Origin: Thermodesulfovibrionia bacterium
GTDB taxonomy: Bacteria; Nitrospirota; Thermodesulfovibrionia; UBA6902
Direction: 5' to 3'
Length of the DNA stretch: 64,000 nucleotides
NCBI GenBank assembly: GCA_030646035.1
Contig: JAUSMY010000046.1
Coordinates: 73,072-137,071 of the forward strand
The notes under the pieces are model-generated. The model made no database searches and had not been told where the DNA came from. It was given only the letters and a program-made list of their open reading frames with translations. Of this stretch, positions 39,950 to 49,077 are shown piece after piece. Within the stretch, counting starts at the first letter, position 1. Each line of letters starts with the position of its first letter. A program made the translations under genes and the position numbers.

Positions 39950-41446
39950 ATGACCAATAAAGATATGGAGAATGAACGTCATCGCCTGACAGAAGATGTC
40001 CTCAGATTTATAGAAGCCGGGGTTGATGCCGATATTCCGGATTTTAATGATTACTGCATGAGGATGTTCGCCATGCACTATGAGAGCAATAAAATATTCC
40101 GTGAGTTCTGCGACGTGAAGAAGGTCAAGCCTGGCGACATCAGCCGATGGGAAGATGTTCCCATGGTCTATAACGATATGTTCAAGACGCATCTTGTTGC
40201 CTCATTTCCTCTGGAGCAGTCTGTTATGTCCTGTCTTACAGGAGGGACAACAAGCCTTACCCAGCGTGGACGCATCTTCCGGGATGAGGATGGCAAGCGC
40301 CTCGTATTTGCGGCAAACAAGATGATGACCGGTTCTTATCTGTTTCCTGATTTCGAAGATGGGAAGCGCTGCCGTATCCTTATCCTTGCACCGAGCCCGG
40401 AGCTTGCTCCGTCAATGGGAATGGCGATAGGCATGGACCAGACGCGCAGAGCTTTCGGAACGCCTGACAGTATGTTTTTGTTAGGCAAGTCAGGGATACA
40501 TATCAATGAACTTTTAAAGGCCCTGCGGGAGTCTGAAGCGAGCGGAGTGCCGGTTGCGCTGATAGGAGCGACATCTGCATATGTGTACTTTTTTCAGGCA
40601 TGCCGCAGAAAGAAGATGAAGTTCTGCCTGCCGCCCGGAAGCCGCATATGCGACGGGGGAGGATACCGCGGCAGATTCGGGCCTGTTAGCCGTGAGGATT
40701 ATTACGGGATGGTGCAGGAGATACTTAACATACCGGAATCCCATTGTGTAAATGTTTTAGGTGAAGCTGAGACTGCGACCAACCTTTTTGACGATGCTTT
40801 GCGCCGCCACATAAAGGGACTTCCGCCGCGCAAGCGCACGAGGCCTGTGCCGCCATGGGCGCGTGTCCGGGCAATGAGTATTGACGACCTCAGCCCTCTG
40901 CCGGATGGTGAGGTCGGCCTCTTTGCGCATTGGGATCTTGCAAATGTTCCTACTGTTCTGGCAGTGATCACTGATAACCTCGGCTATACGACAGATGACG
41001 GCCGCGGCTGCGAGATGGTGGGCCGCGCGAAGATCGAGGGAGGTAAGGTATCTCCGCTGCCTGATGAGGAGGCCGCAAGCCCGATGGGAGATTCGGCCAT
41101 CTTCCGTATGCTTGAGAAGTATGTGCATTTCACGATCGACCTTAAGATGCAGATGGCAAAGGACCCTAAGGTTGAACCGAGCGTGCGTGAGGAGATAGAG
41201 GCGAGGCCCGGTTCTGTCGCGTCATGCCCGCAGGTTGTTGACGAGATACTTGTAGCGCAGGCTGATGCCGAGGCAGCCGAACTCAGGGACAGATCTCTGG
41301 GCGCATTTAAGGATCAGACCGAGCGTCCTCTGGACTGGTATGCTGATGAGGAGAAGAAGCAGGTGCTTGCAGACCATCCTGCCGGTCTAAAGTCTGAGAA
41401 GCATGAGAAAGACGCTTCGAAGAATAAGGCAAAGAATAAAGAATAA
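39950..41446 (+). CDS. LuxE-like acyl-protein synthetase / adenylate-forming enzyme with a Lys/Glu-rich tail
   Basis: An aaggag RBS lies 7 nt before ATG 39950. The motifs WEDVPMVYNDMFK, CLTGGTTS and DGGGYRG parallel the LuxE motifs IPVFPTSVFK, SSGTxG and GGGWK. Confidence 0.55.
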   Translation: MTNKDMENERHRLTEDVLRFIEAGVDADIPDFNDYCMRMFAMHYESNKIFREFCDVKKVKPGDISRWEDVPMVYNDMFKTHLVASFPLEQSVMSCLTGGTTSLTQRGRIFRDEDGKRLVFAANKMMTGSYLFPDFEDGKRCRILILAPSPELAPSMGMAIGMDQTRRAFGTPDSMFLLGKSGIHINELLKALRESEASGVPVALIGATSAYVYFFQACRRKKMKFCLPPGSRICDGGGYRGRFGPVSREDYYGMVQEILNIPESHCVNVLGEAETATNLFDDALRRHIKGLPPRKRTRPVPPWARVRAMSIDDLSPLPDGEVGLFAHWDLANVPTVLAVITDNLGYTTDDGRGCEMVGRAKIEGGKVSPLPDEEAASPMGDSAIFRMLEKYVHFTIDLKMQMAKDPKVEPSVREEIEARPGSVASCPQVVDEILVAQADAEAAELRDRSLGAFKDQTERPLDWYADEEKKQVLADHPAGLKSEKHEKDASKNKAKNKE

Positions 41447-41456
41447 AGAAAAGACA

Positions 41457-41549
41457 CCCCTCTGTATCTCCCCTTGTAAAGGGGCGAATTGTAAATCCCC
41501 TCTTATCCAAGGGGCCAACAGTAGGTGCTTTAAGCAGGGCAGGGGAGGT
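41457..41549 (+). repeat. 93-bp structured intergenic repeat, copy 2
   Basis: It has the same sequence as copy 1 apart from three substitutions (cttatcc for ctttacc, gggcagg for gggtagg). It lies 32 nt upstream of ORF 41581. Confidence 0.75.
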
Positions 41550-41580
41550 TTAGGATAATGTATTTGGTCTTTATTGAACT

Positions 41581-41922
41581 ATGAAAAAAACATTGACCAT
41601 AATTATCGGTTTTGTGCATGACTTTGCTGCCGGCTGCTGGGCAGCGACTGTTCTTGCGATATATTGGCTAAGCAGTCATTCCTTTCCGGTTGAAGTCAGC
41701 GGCATAATGTTTGAACTGAAAAAGCAGCTCTTCTGGGCAGGGATAGCATGTGTTGTTATAGTTTTTGCCACAGGCACGGGCAGATCTTTTACCTATGTTG
41801 ATAATGTCTACGGCAAGGATGCGGAAAAGGCAAGAAGAAGGCTGCTGATCATAAAACACGTTATCCTTATTGTTGTTTTTGGCTCCGGTATTTTCTGGCA
41901 GTACACGATGGTTTTTTGGTAG
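41581..41922 (+). CDS. small 3-TM membrane protein, hypothetical
   Basis: The protein is 113 aa with three hydrophobic helices. It is followed by rSAM #3. Confidence 0.45.
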   Translation: MKKTLTIIIGFVHDFAAGCWAATVLAIYWLSSHSFPVEVSGIMFELKKQLFWAGIACVVIVFATGTGRSFTYVDNVYGKDAEKARRRLLIIKHVILIVVFGSGIFWQYTMVFW

Positions 41923-42007
41923 AGCACTCCTATCTTCCTAAAACATTATCAAACCACCGGTCATTTACTTGCTCAATGGTATCTGAATTGCTTAAAATAG
42001 TGACACT

Positions 42008-43468
42008 ATGAAAAAGATAAGAAAAGTTATGCTTATTACTCCGCCTTACCACTCCGGAGTTGTTGAATCCGCAGGTGTCTGGCTGAATGTTGGTTTTGTC
42101 TATATTGCAGGGAGCCTCAGGGTTGCGGGATATGACCCGATTTATTATGATGCCATGAGCCACTGGCATGGATATGATGAGATCGGGAAGAGGATTAGAG
42201 AAGAGAAACCTGATGTTATTGGGACAACCGCTTTTACCGCAGAGATCGTTGAGGCGCTAAACCTCCTGAAGTTTTCCAAAGAGATAGACCCTAATATTAT
42301 TACTGTGATCGGCAATGTTCACCCTACGTTCTGCTACGATGAGATATTCAAAGACCACCACTCATGCGTTGATTATATTGTGCGTGGTGAGGGTGAAGAG
42401 ACGATGGTGGAGCTTCTGGATGCGCTTAATTCCAATGGCGACCTGTCAAAGGTAAGGGGCGTAGTATACATGGATAAGGGGAAGGTCGTGGTCAATGATT
42501 CAAGGCCGTACATACATGACCTTGACAGCCTGCCCATGGCATGGGACCTGGTCGATTGGCCGATTTATAAATACAAGGCCATGGAGAATTCCATAATGGC
42601 TATTGTCAGCTCTTCAAGGGGATGCAACCAGCAGTGCAGCTTCTGCTCGCAGCAGCTCTTCTGGCAGAGAAACTGGAGGGGCCGAAGCGCTGAGAACTTT
42701 GTAGCCGAACTTGAGCACCTGAGAGACACCTATGGCGTAAATGTCGTGATGCTTGCTGATGAGACTCCCACGCTTTCAAGAACAAGGTGGGAGAAGATAC
42801 TGGATCTTCTCATTGAGAGGAAGGTAGGCGTGAAGCTGCTTCTTGAGACGCGCGTTGATGACATAATCAGGGACGAAGATATCATGTGGAAATACCGGGA
42901 TGCCCTTGTAGACCATATTTATCTCGGAGTGGAATCGACCTCACAGGAGGCGCTTGATAAGTTTAAAAAGAATATTAAAGTAGAGGAATCAAAGCGCGCG
43001 CTTGACCTTATAAACTCGTATGATATTGTCACAGAGACATCTTTTGTGCTCGGTATGCCTGGTGATACTGTTGAGAGTATAAGGGAGACGGTTGAGCTTG
43101 CCAAGTTCTATAATCCTGACCTTGCGTTCTTCCTTGCAATAGCCCCATGGCCTTATTCAGAGATATATCCTGAGCTTAAGGACTTTGTGGTGACAAACGA
43201 CTACAGTAAATATAATCTTGTTGAGCCTGTGGTAAAACCGAAGAATATGACCATCGATGAATTGAGGGATGAACTTGGAAGGGCGTCAAGGGTGTATTAC
43301 ATGCACAAGCTTGAGACCCTTGACTCGATGACCGAGAAGAAACGTGAGTTCATGATAAAGGTCATTCATATCATCTCTACAAGCTCTTACCTTGCGGAGA
43401 CGATGAAGGGCACATCAATGCCTGAGGATATAAAGAAACTGCTTGCGAAACTGCACCATAAAACTTAA
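42008..43468 (+). CDS. cobalamin-binding (class B) radical SAM protein #3
   Basis: The N-terminus MKKIRKVMLITPPYHSG is a B12-domain start. The CxxxCxxC motif is SSRGCNQQCSFC. Confidence 0.85.
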   Translation: MKKIRKVMLITPPYHSGVVESAGVWLNVGFVYIAGSLRVAGYDPIYYDAMSHWHGYDEIGKRIREEKPDVIGTTAFTAEIVEALNLLKFSKEIDPNIITVIGNVHPTFCYDEIFKDHHSCVDYIVRGEGEETMVELLDALNSNGDLSKVRGVVYMDKGKVVVNDSRPYIHDLDSLPMAWDLVDWPIYKYKAMENSIMAIVSSSRGCNQQCSFCSQQLFWQRNWRGRSAENFVAELEHLRDTYGVNVVMLADETPTLSRTRWEKILDLLIERKVGVKLLLETRVDDIIRDEDIMWKYRDALVDHIYLGVESTSQEALDKFKKNIKVEESKRALDLINSYDIVTETSFVLGMPGDTVESIRETVELAKFYNPDLAFFLAIAPWPYSEIYPELKDFVVTNDYSKYNLVEPVVKPKNMTIDELRDELGRASRVYYMHKLETLDSMTEKKREFMIKVIHIISTSSYLAETMKGTSMPEDIKKLLAKLHHKT

Positions 43469-43559
43469 TTCTCCCCTTGTAATTTTTCATAGATGATATA
43501 TGATGTAAATAATCAAGTTGAGTATTAATTCAGATATAAAATAAAAAGGGGGAAACGCA

Positions 43560-44099
43560 ATGAGAAAGAGATCAGGGAATCAGGGTTTTACATTGATCGA
43601 GGTAATTGTTGTTGCCGGCATAATAGCCATACTTGCAGGTGTATTGGTGCCGATGATCCTGAAGGAGATTGATGAAACAAGGATAACAAGGGCAAGTGCT
43701 GATATAAGGTCCATATCAAACGCCATACTGATATTTAAAAAAGATACAGCACAGTGGCCTGTGATGGACGGGACATGCAGCCCTAATCTGACCTTGTTAA
43801 CCGGCGGCGGCAACGCTCCTGACGGTATTGGGGCCAACGGCTGGGACAACACTGCGTCCGCAATGATCGACAGTCACCTTATGTATGATGATGACGGCTG
43901 CTATAATAACTGGAATGGTTCATATCTGCCTGTTACAAGTGCTGATCCCTGGGGGAAGCAATATGTAATTAATACCGGTAATTTTGGAGTATCCGGTTCA
44001 CCTGTGTGGATAATGTCAGCAGGGCCGAATGGAACACTTGACTCAAATGCAAACTCAACTTCCAGCGGCGGGGATGATATTGGCTTAAGGATTAAATAA
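43560..44099 (+). CDS. type IV pilin / pseudopilin (prepilin-type N-terminal methylation domain)
   Basis: The N-terminus MRKRSGNQGFTLIEVIVVAGIIAILAG has the GFTLIE prepilin-peptidase site followed by a hydrophobic helix. Confidence 0.8.
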   Translation: MRKRSGNQGFTLIEVIVVAGIIAILAGVLVPMILKEIDETRITRASADIRSISNAILIFKKDTAQWPVMDGTCSPNLTLLTGGGNAPDGIGANGWDNTASAMIDSHLMYDDDGCYNNWNGSYLPVTSADPWGKQYVINTGNFGVSGSPVWIMSAGPNGTLDSNANSTSSGGDDIGLRIK

Positions 44100-44120
44100 A
44101 TACACTGTCTTGTTATATAA

Positions 44121-44156
44121 AAAAGGAGGGGTGGATGAACCGCCCCTCCTTTTTTA
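44121..44156. terminator. bidirectional Rho-independent terminator
   Basis: The hairpin AAAAAGGAGGGGTGG-atgaa-CCGCCCCTCCTTTTTT lies between the convergent pilin gene (plus strand) and secretin gene (minus strand). Confidence 0.75.
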
Positions 44157-44163
44157 TTCAGAT

Positions 44164-45792
44164 CTATATCTCTGAGTTAACTCTTCTCAGTTCAGGTATT
44201 GCCTCGAAATCTCTTCCTGCTCTCTTCAGTCTTTCCTCGTGTTCTTTTCTTATCTCCTCGATAGACTTATTATTCAGGATATACGGTGTCAGGAATATGA
44301 CAAGCTCTGACTTTTTCTTATCGTGGATTACCTGCTGGAACAATTTGCCGAATAATGGAAGATCTCCAAGGAAAGGCACCTTTCTGATATTTTCAATTAT
44401 CTTATCAGTGATAAGCCCTGCTATTACTATGGTCTGGCCGTTGCTCACACTGACCATTGTATCCAGCTCTCTTGTATTTATGACTGGTTTTGAGTTGTCC
44501 TCAAGCGGGGAGATGGATTCCCCGATCTTTTCAGAAATACTGGGATGGACTTGCATTGTGATTATCCCGCTGTCATTGATCTGCGGTGTAACATCCAGAA
44601 ATAGCCCTACTTCATCAATCTGGGGATTCGTGTATTGAGTCAGGATTTTCCCATCAGCATTGTATGTGGTGGTGGTTATCCATGAGACTTCATTTGTAGT
44701 GAGCTTCATTACTGCTCTCTGATTATTCATTGTGGAGACTTTCGGACTCGAAAGCACATTGACCTGGCCCTGTTCCTGCATCGCATTAAGAAGGGCGGTT
44801 ATCTTTTTGTTTGATAGTTTAATGCTGAAAACATTGGTATCAGGGGCAATAAGCTGAGAGAATGAGAAAAGCTCGCCGGTTACTTCTGTTCCGCTGTCCG
44901 TGGTGATTGCTCCATTGCCAGTGCCTGTGAGGAGATTCCAGTCTATGCCGAATTTGTACCCGTCATCAAGAGAGACCTCAACTATGTGTGCCTGGATCAT
45001 AACCTGTTTGCTCACAGACATTTCGACATCGTTAAGAAAATCTTCTATCCTCTCCATGTTGTCTGAATAATCTGTGATATGTACAACTCCTGCAAGTTCG
45101 TTGATAACGAGTTTTTTGCCATCCTTGCCGGATTTTGCATCGCCGTCAAATATGATCATCTCAAGGCCTGCCTTCATCTCTTTCCAGAAATCAGACGTAC
45201 CGGAGGTGGTTATGTTAACGTTCCCCTGTCCGGATGACGACGACCCGGTTCCGGAAGTTGAACTGGAGACAGTAGTGCTTCCGCTGCTTGTCCCTGATGA
45301 TGAACCGCTGCTCGTTGACATCGACGCATTGATGCTGCTTGAAGATGCCCTTTTCCCGGTAATATAGTCGATCTTAAATGACCTTGTCTCAAGCACAGGG
45401 CTGGTTACCCTGATAAATCCCTTGTCCATCCTGAATGTGTAGCCAAGCTGTCTTGTGATCGCATAAAGCGCGCTGTTCAGGTCAAGGTCAGAGAAATCAA
45501 TGGAGAGATTTCCTGTCACATCCCTGTCTGCGATTATATTAATGCCGCTGTCTTTTGAAAGGAGCAGCAGCAGGTCCCTGACATTTGCATCCCTTACGCT
45601 TAAAGAGAATAGTCTTTCCTTGGCGGATGCCGGGATCTCTTCAGGCACGGCAACAGGAGTCTCAGTCACAGGTATAGCGATTTGAGGCGGCTCCTTTAAA
45701 ATCATCGTCTCTGAGACGCCTGCGATCTGATGGCTTGCACAGCCGTAGCTCAAAAGAACTGTCAAAAATATTATCGAGCAGAATTTCCTCAT
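44164..45792 (-). CDS. pilQ: type IV pilus / T2SS secretin (PilQ/GspD family)
   Basis: It has an N-terminal STN-like domain and a Ser/Thr/Gly-rich linker. The C-terminal secretin domain carries VVIGGL...VPFLGDLPLFGKLF...ELVIFLTPYIL. Confidence 0.9.
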   Translation of the reverse strand: MRKFCSIIFLTVLLSYGCASHQIAGVSETMILKEPPQIAIPVTETPVAVPEEIPASAKERLFSLSVRDANVRDLLLLLSKDSGINIIADRDVTGNLSIDFSDLDLNSALYAITRQLGYTFRMDKGFIRVTSPVLETRSFKIDYITGKRASSSSINASMSTSSGSSSGTSSGSTTVSSSTSGTGSSSSGQGNVNITTSGTSDFWKEMKAGLEMIIFDGDAKSGKDGKKLVINELAGVVHITDYSDNMERIEDFLNDVEMSVSKQVMIQAHIVEVSLDDGYKFGIDWNLLTGTGNGAITTDSGTEVTGELFSFSQLIAPDTNVFSIKLSNKKITALLNAMQEQGQVNVLSSPKVSTMNNQRAVMKLTTNEVSWITTTTYNADGKILTQYTNPQIDEVGLFLDVTPQINDSGIITMQVHPSISEKIGESISPLEDNSKPVINTRELDTMVSVSNGQTIVIAGLITDKIIENIRKVPFLGDLPLFGKLFQQVIHDKKKSELVIFLTPYILNNKSIEEIRKEHEERLKRAGRDFEAIPELRRVNSEI

Positions 45793-46229
45793 TTTGTTGT
45801 CTCCTTGATATCGCTTTGATTAGATAAATATATTTCTTTAATAATTCCATTGGTAGAGAGAACAACACTCTCTTTTTTTATATCCCTTATCACGCTGCTG
45901 CCTATGGCATCATTTACGCTGTAAACCCTTCCGTTTATCAGCGCATGGCTTTTACCGTTTCTTCTGATTATGCCGATAACCGTGATCTCGCTTTTGCCCT
46001 CAGTCTTTTCTATAGAGAAAGGGTCTTTCCACGGGCTGGTGTCTTTGCTGATGACAGCTCTCTCCGGAATAACGCTTTTATCATATAGTGATGTTGATGG
46101 CAATTGAGAGACGGCTTTTTTTACCTCTGTCTGAGCGGCATTCTTAGAAGAGAAAAATTTGATGTTATATGCCGCCACCAGGAAGAGAAACGCAAATATG
46201 GCAAAAATAAAATACTTATTTGAGAGCAT
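45789..46229 (-). CDS. PilP-like pilus assembly protein (candidate)
   Basis: The protein is 146 aa and membrane-anchored. It sits in the conserved pilMNOPQ order and overlaps the secretin gene start by 4 nt. Confidence 0.4.
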   Translation of the reverse strand: MLSNKYFIFAIFAFLFLVAAYNIKFFSSKNAAQTEVKKAVSQLPSTSLYDKSVIPERAVISKDTSPWKDPFSIEKTEGKSEITVIGIIRRNGKSHALINGRVYSVNDAIGSSVIRDIKKESVVLSTNGIIKEIYLSNQSDIKETTK

Positions 46230-46767
46230 TGGTCTCCTCTGCTGAATAAATATTTACAACCATCTCTACGGCAAGCGATGTCATCCGGTTTTGAACTTTA
46301 AGGCTTTCAATCTTTACAAGCCTCTTGAGGTCCTGAAGTTCCCTTATGAATTCGGCAGTGTTTCTGTAGTCAGAGTTAAAATTGATCTTTACGGAATCGC
46401 GGTATATTATTTTGGGCATTACACCTGAGGAGGGGAGTGCCTTCAATATCTTTCCTGTATCAAGGCTGATAAATGCCCTGTCCTTGTAATTGAATTCAAT
46501 ATCATCAATAGCATATCTGCTTGAGATCATGTATGCGCTTTCAATGAATTCCGCTGTGCTGCCCGGCCTGGGGAAGAGGTCATTTAGGAAATTAAGGTCT
46601 TCCTGTCCTGCCGAAGCTGTAATTTCATTGCTTACATTCATTTGTGCAATGCCGGCATTCAGCGTTCTGATAGTGCTTAATTTTGACTTCATAAAGAACG
46701 CAAACAGGATCCCTGAAACAACTATTAAGGCGATGACTGTGATAAAGGCGGGGCTGAGTTTTTTCAA
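46216..46767 (-). CDS. PilO-like pilus assembly protein (candidate)
   Basis: The protein is 183 aa with a single N-terminal TM and a coiled-coil/periplasmic domain. Gene order supports the call. Confidence 0.45.
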   Translation of the reverse strand: MKKLSPAFITVIALIVVSGILFAFFMKSKLSTIRTLNAGIAQMNVSNEITASAGQEDLNFLNDLFPRPGSTAEFIESAYMISSRYAIDDIEFNYKDRAFISLDTGKILKALPSSGVMPKIIYRDSVKINFNSDYRNTAEFIRELQDLKRLVKIESLKVQNRMTSLAVEMVVNIYSAEETNALK

Positions 46768-48209
46768 TTCACCACCTCATAGCTTGACCTTACCGATATA
46801 ATACTTTCTTTATCTGAAGTGCTTGACGTGGCTATTGCAGGGATGGATATGCTCTTGAGCCTTTCTGAACTTTCAAGAGCTGAAAGGAATTTTGTGAGGA
46901 GAGCTTTATTATAGCTTTCGCTGCTGTTATTTATGGCTGCATCGACAGTTAATATCGCGGTATCTTTTTCTATCCGCATATCTATTTTTTCAAGCCGTAC
47001 GCCAGCAGGGGTTAGGTTGGCTATATCGCTGAAGACTCCGTACAGGCTTGGACTGGCAGAAATCATATTGAAGAGAGTGTTTTTGCCGGCCCGGTATATA
47101 TCGTTATCGTTTCCGGCATGTGCGGCAGTTGTGCTTATAGTAACTTCTTTGTTTTTTATATATGTCCTGAGGTCGTTTTCTGTTTTGTTGATTGATAGAT
47201 AAGCTGTAATAAGTATGGCTAAATAAACAGCTGCACAGGCTGCGATGATACCGCCGAAAATAAGGTTTTTCTTCTTCTGCAGAAGAGAGGGCGGTATGAA
47301 ATTGGCTATCTCCCTGTATGAGGCAAGGTTTGAAATCCCTGACAGTGCGCTGAAGGCGCCCCTGTTATTGTAAGTGTTATCAAGATCGCTGAGCAGGCTT
47401 GTTGTTATGCCGAATCCGCTTGCTATGGCATCAGTGATACCCGTCAATCCGGAGCCTATTCCGCAGACCCAGAGAGTGGAAAGCCCTTCGGCTCCTGAGC
47501 CTTTTATGTATGACGTGATTGAATTAAAAAGAACATCCACTATTTTGTAGATCTTTATCTTTGAAGCCTGCTCTTCTTTGCTCTCATCACCGGCATCGGA
47601 TTCGGTAAAGTCAATTAGCAGGGGAAGTTTCTCGTAATCAATAAGGTTTCCGTTGTTTATGATGAGGATCTCAATATATCCGGCGCCAATATCTATTATT
47701 GCTTCGTTGCCGCTTGTTTCCGGCCGCAGCCTTTTAAATAACTGGATGTTGCCTTCAAGGCTGCTGGTAATTATATCAGGGTTGAGCCCGCATTCCTTAA
47801 GAAGCGAGAGGTAGTTGCTTAAGTCCTTGTTCTGCACGTATTCCAGTAAAATATTTTGTGTGCCTGATGACCTGCTCTTTTTACGCTCTGCTATCTCTCT
47901 GAACCCGAAGGTGAATTCCTCTTTGGGTAATTCCCTGACTATCATGCGCCTCAGGATCATTGATATGTCATCAGCTCCGGCGCGCGGGATCTGCTGTATG
48001 GAATGGTTGACCGTATCCTGCGGAAGGATTATGTTTATCCTGCCGTGTTTTCCTGAAGCCCCGCTTATCTCTGCTGAAAGCGTATCTTTTGCAGAGGGCA
48101 GGTCAGTTATGGCGAAATGACTGATAAGGTTTGCGCTGACGACTTTATCGTCTTTTATCTTTAAAACCCTGAGTGAATTATCTCTGAAATCTATATTTAG
48201 TGAGTTCAT
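46764..48209 (-). CDS. PilM-PilN fusion-like protein (actin-like ATPase domain, TM, periplasmic domain)
   Basis: The protein is 481 aa. The N-terminal ~320 aa are cytoplasmic (IDIGAGYIEILII). A TM (LIFGGIIAACAAVYLAILITAYL) and a periplasmic tail follow. Confidence 0.55.
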   Translation of the reverse strand: MNSLNIDFRDNSLRVLKIKDDKVVSANLISHFAITDLPSAKDTLSAEISGASGKHGRINIILPQDTVNHSIQQIPRAGADDISMILRRMIVRELPKEEFTFGFREIAERKKSRSSGTQNILLEYVQNKDLSNYLSLLKECGLNPDIITSSLEGNIQLFKRLRPETSGNEAIIDIGAGYIEILIINNGNLIDYEKLPLLIDFTESDAGDESKEEQASKIKIYKIVDVLFNSITSYIKGSGAEGLSTLWVCGIGSGLTGITDAIASGFGITTSLLSDLDNTYNNRGAFSALSGISNLASYREIANFIPPSLLQKKKNLIFGGIIAACAAVYLAILITAYLSINKTENDLRTYIKNKEVTISTTAAHAGNDNDIYRAGKNTLFNMISASPSLYGVFSDIANLTPAGVRLEKIDMRIEKDTAILTVDAAINNSSESYNKALLTKFLSALESSERLKSISIPAIATSSTSDKESIISVRSSYEVVN

Positions 48210-48216
48210 AGAAAAT

Positions 48217-49077
48217 TTATTCTACAGATACCGACAGGTTATCAATATGTATGGATGACAGCCTGTCACTGATAGTTATATATGCTGACGGCCCGGCAGT
48301 TGCGGGAGCCAGAAGATTGCCTGAACTGTTTCTGTCAATATCAGCCCATACCCTTGCGATACCGATGGGGAGATTCTGTGCAAGGGCCGAACTCAGGCCG
48401 AAAATATAATTATTCTGGGGGTTGCCCACATTGCCGGTAATTGTGACAGGCGTGATAAATGTCTGGTCTGCGTCAACTCCCTCGCCGTTTTTATATGCGA
48501 TGTGAAGAGTAAGGTTCGCATTAAAAGTGGTTGCAGGAGAAGTTATGTACCTGACGATAGCATTGCATGAGACAGCTGATACAGGCATGGCCTCGTTGGC
48601 ATCAATGTTTATCTGTATATCTTCCGCTGTATCTATTCCACCTGCGGCGTTGTCAGAGCCGAGGCTAATTATTGTTGCTGATTCTCTTCTACTGAAGGCG
48701 TCGGTCGTGTAGCTGTATGTCAGGTCATAACCCCAGGAGTCCTTCTTGAATGACTGGGTGCTTACGCCTCCGCCCAAGTATGGGCCGAATGTCCCGTTTT
48801 CATTTGCATAGCTTATCAGGGCGTCAAGATCCGGCGGCAGTTGTCCGAGGTCGCCAGTGAATCCGAAGGAGTTTCTTGTGCCGTTGCTCATCAGTGACGG
48901 GTTGCCTATCATAGCCTCTTTAATATAAGTAAGTTTCTTCTCTGTTGCTTCGATCTCCTGCCCCTCCCATACCCTGAAAACTATCGGAACCATGATCCCG
49001 ACCAGCAGGGAGATGATCGCCATTACCACGATAACCTCAACAAGGGTGAATCCCTTTTCACGCTCCGCCATTCTCAT
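48217..49077 (-). CDS. large pseudopilin (prepilin-type N-terminal domain protein)
   Basis: The N-terminus MRMAEREKGFTLVEVIVVMAIISLLVG is a prepilin site. The protein is 286 aa. Confidence 0.75.
   Translation of the reverse strand: MRMAEREKGFTLVEVIVVMAIISLLVGIMVPIVFRVWEGQEIEATEKKLTYIKEAMIGNPSLMSNGTRNSFGFTGDLGQLPPDLDALISYANENGTFGPYLGGGVSTQSFKKDSWGYDLTYSYTTDAFSRRESATIISLGSDNAAGGIDTAEDIQINIDANEAMPVSAVSCNAIVRYITSPATTFNANLTLHIAYKNGEGVDADQTFITPVTITGNVGNPQNNYIFGLSSALAQNLPIGIARVWADIDRNSSGNLLAPATAGPSAYITISDRLSSIHIDNLSVSVE

Noticed and set aside
43469-43500. Partial copy (ctccccttgtaa) of the 93-bp repeat motif after rSAM #3
   Set aside because: Only about 12 nt match and the rest of the element is absent. 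It is probably coincidental or a degraded remnant.
44135-44638. 167-aa plus-strand ORF overlapping the secretin gene
   Set aside because: It starts inside the bidirectional terminator hairpin and is antisense to a well-supported pilQ, so it is spurious.
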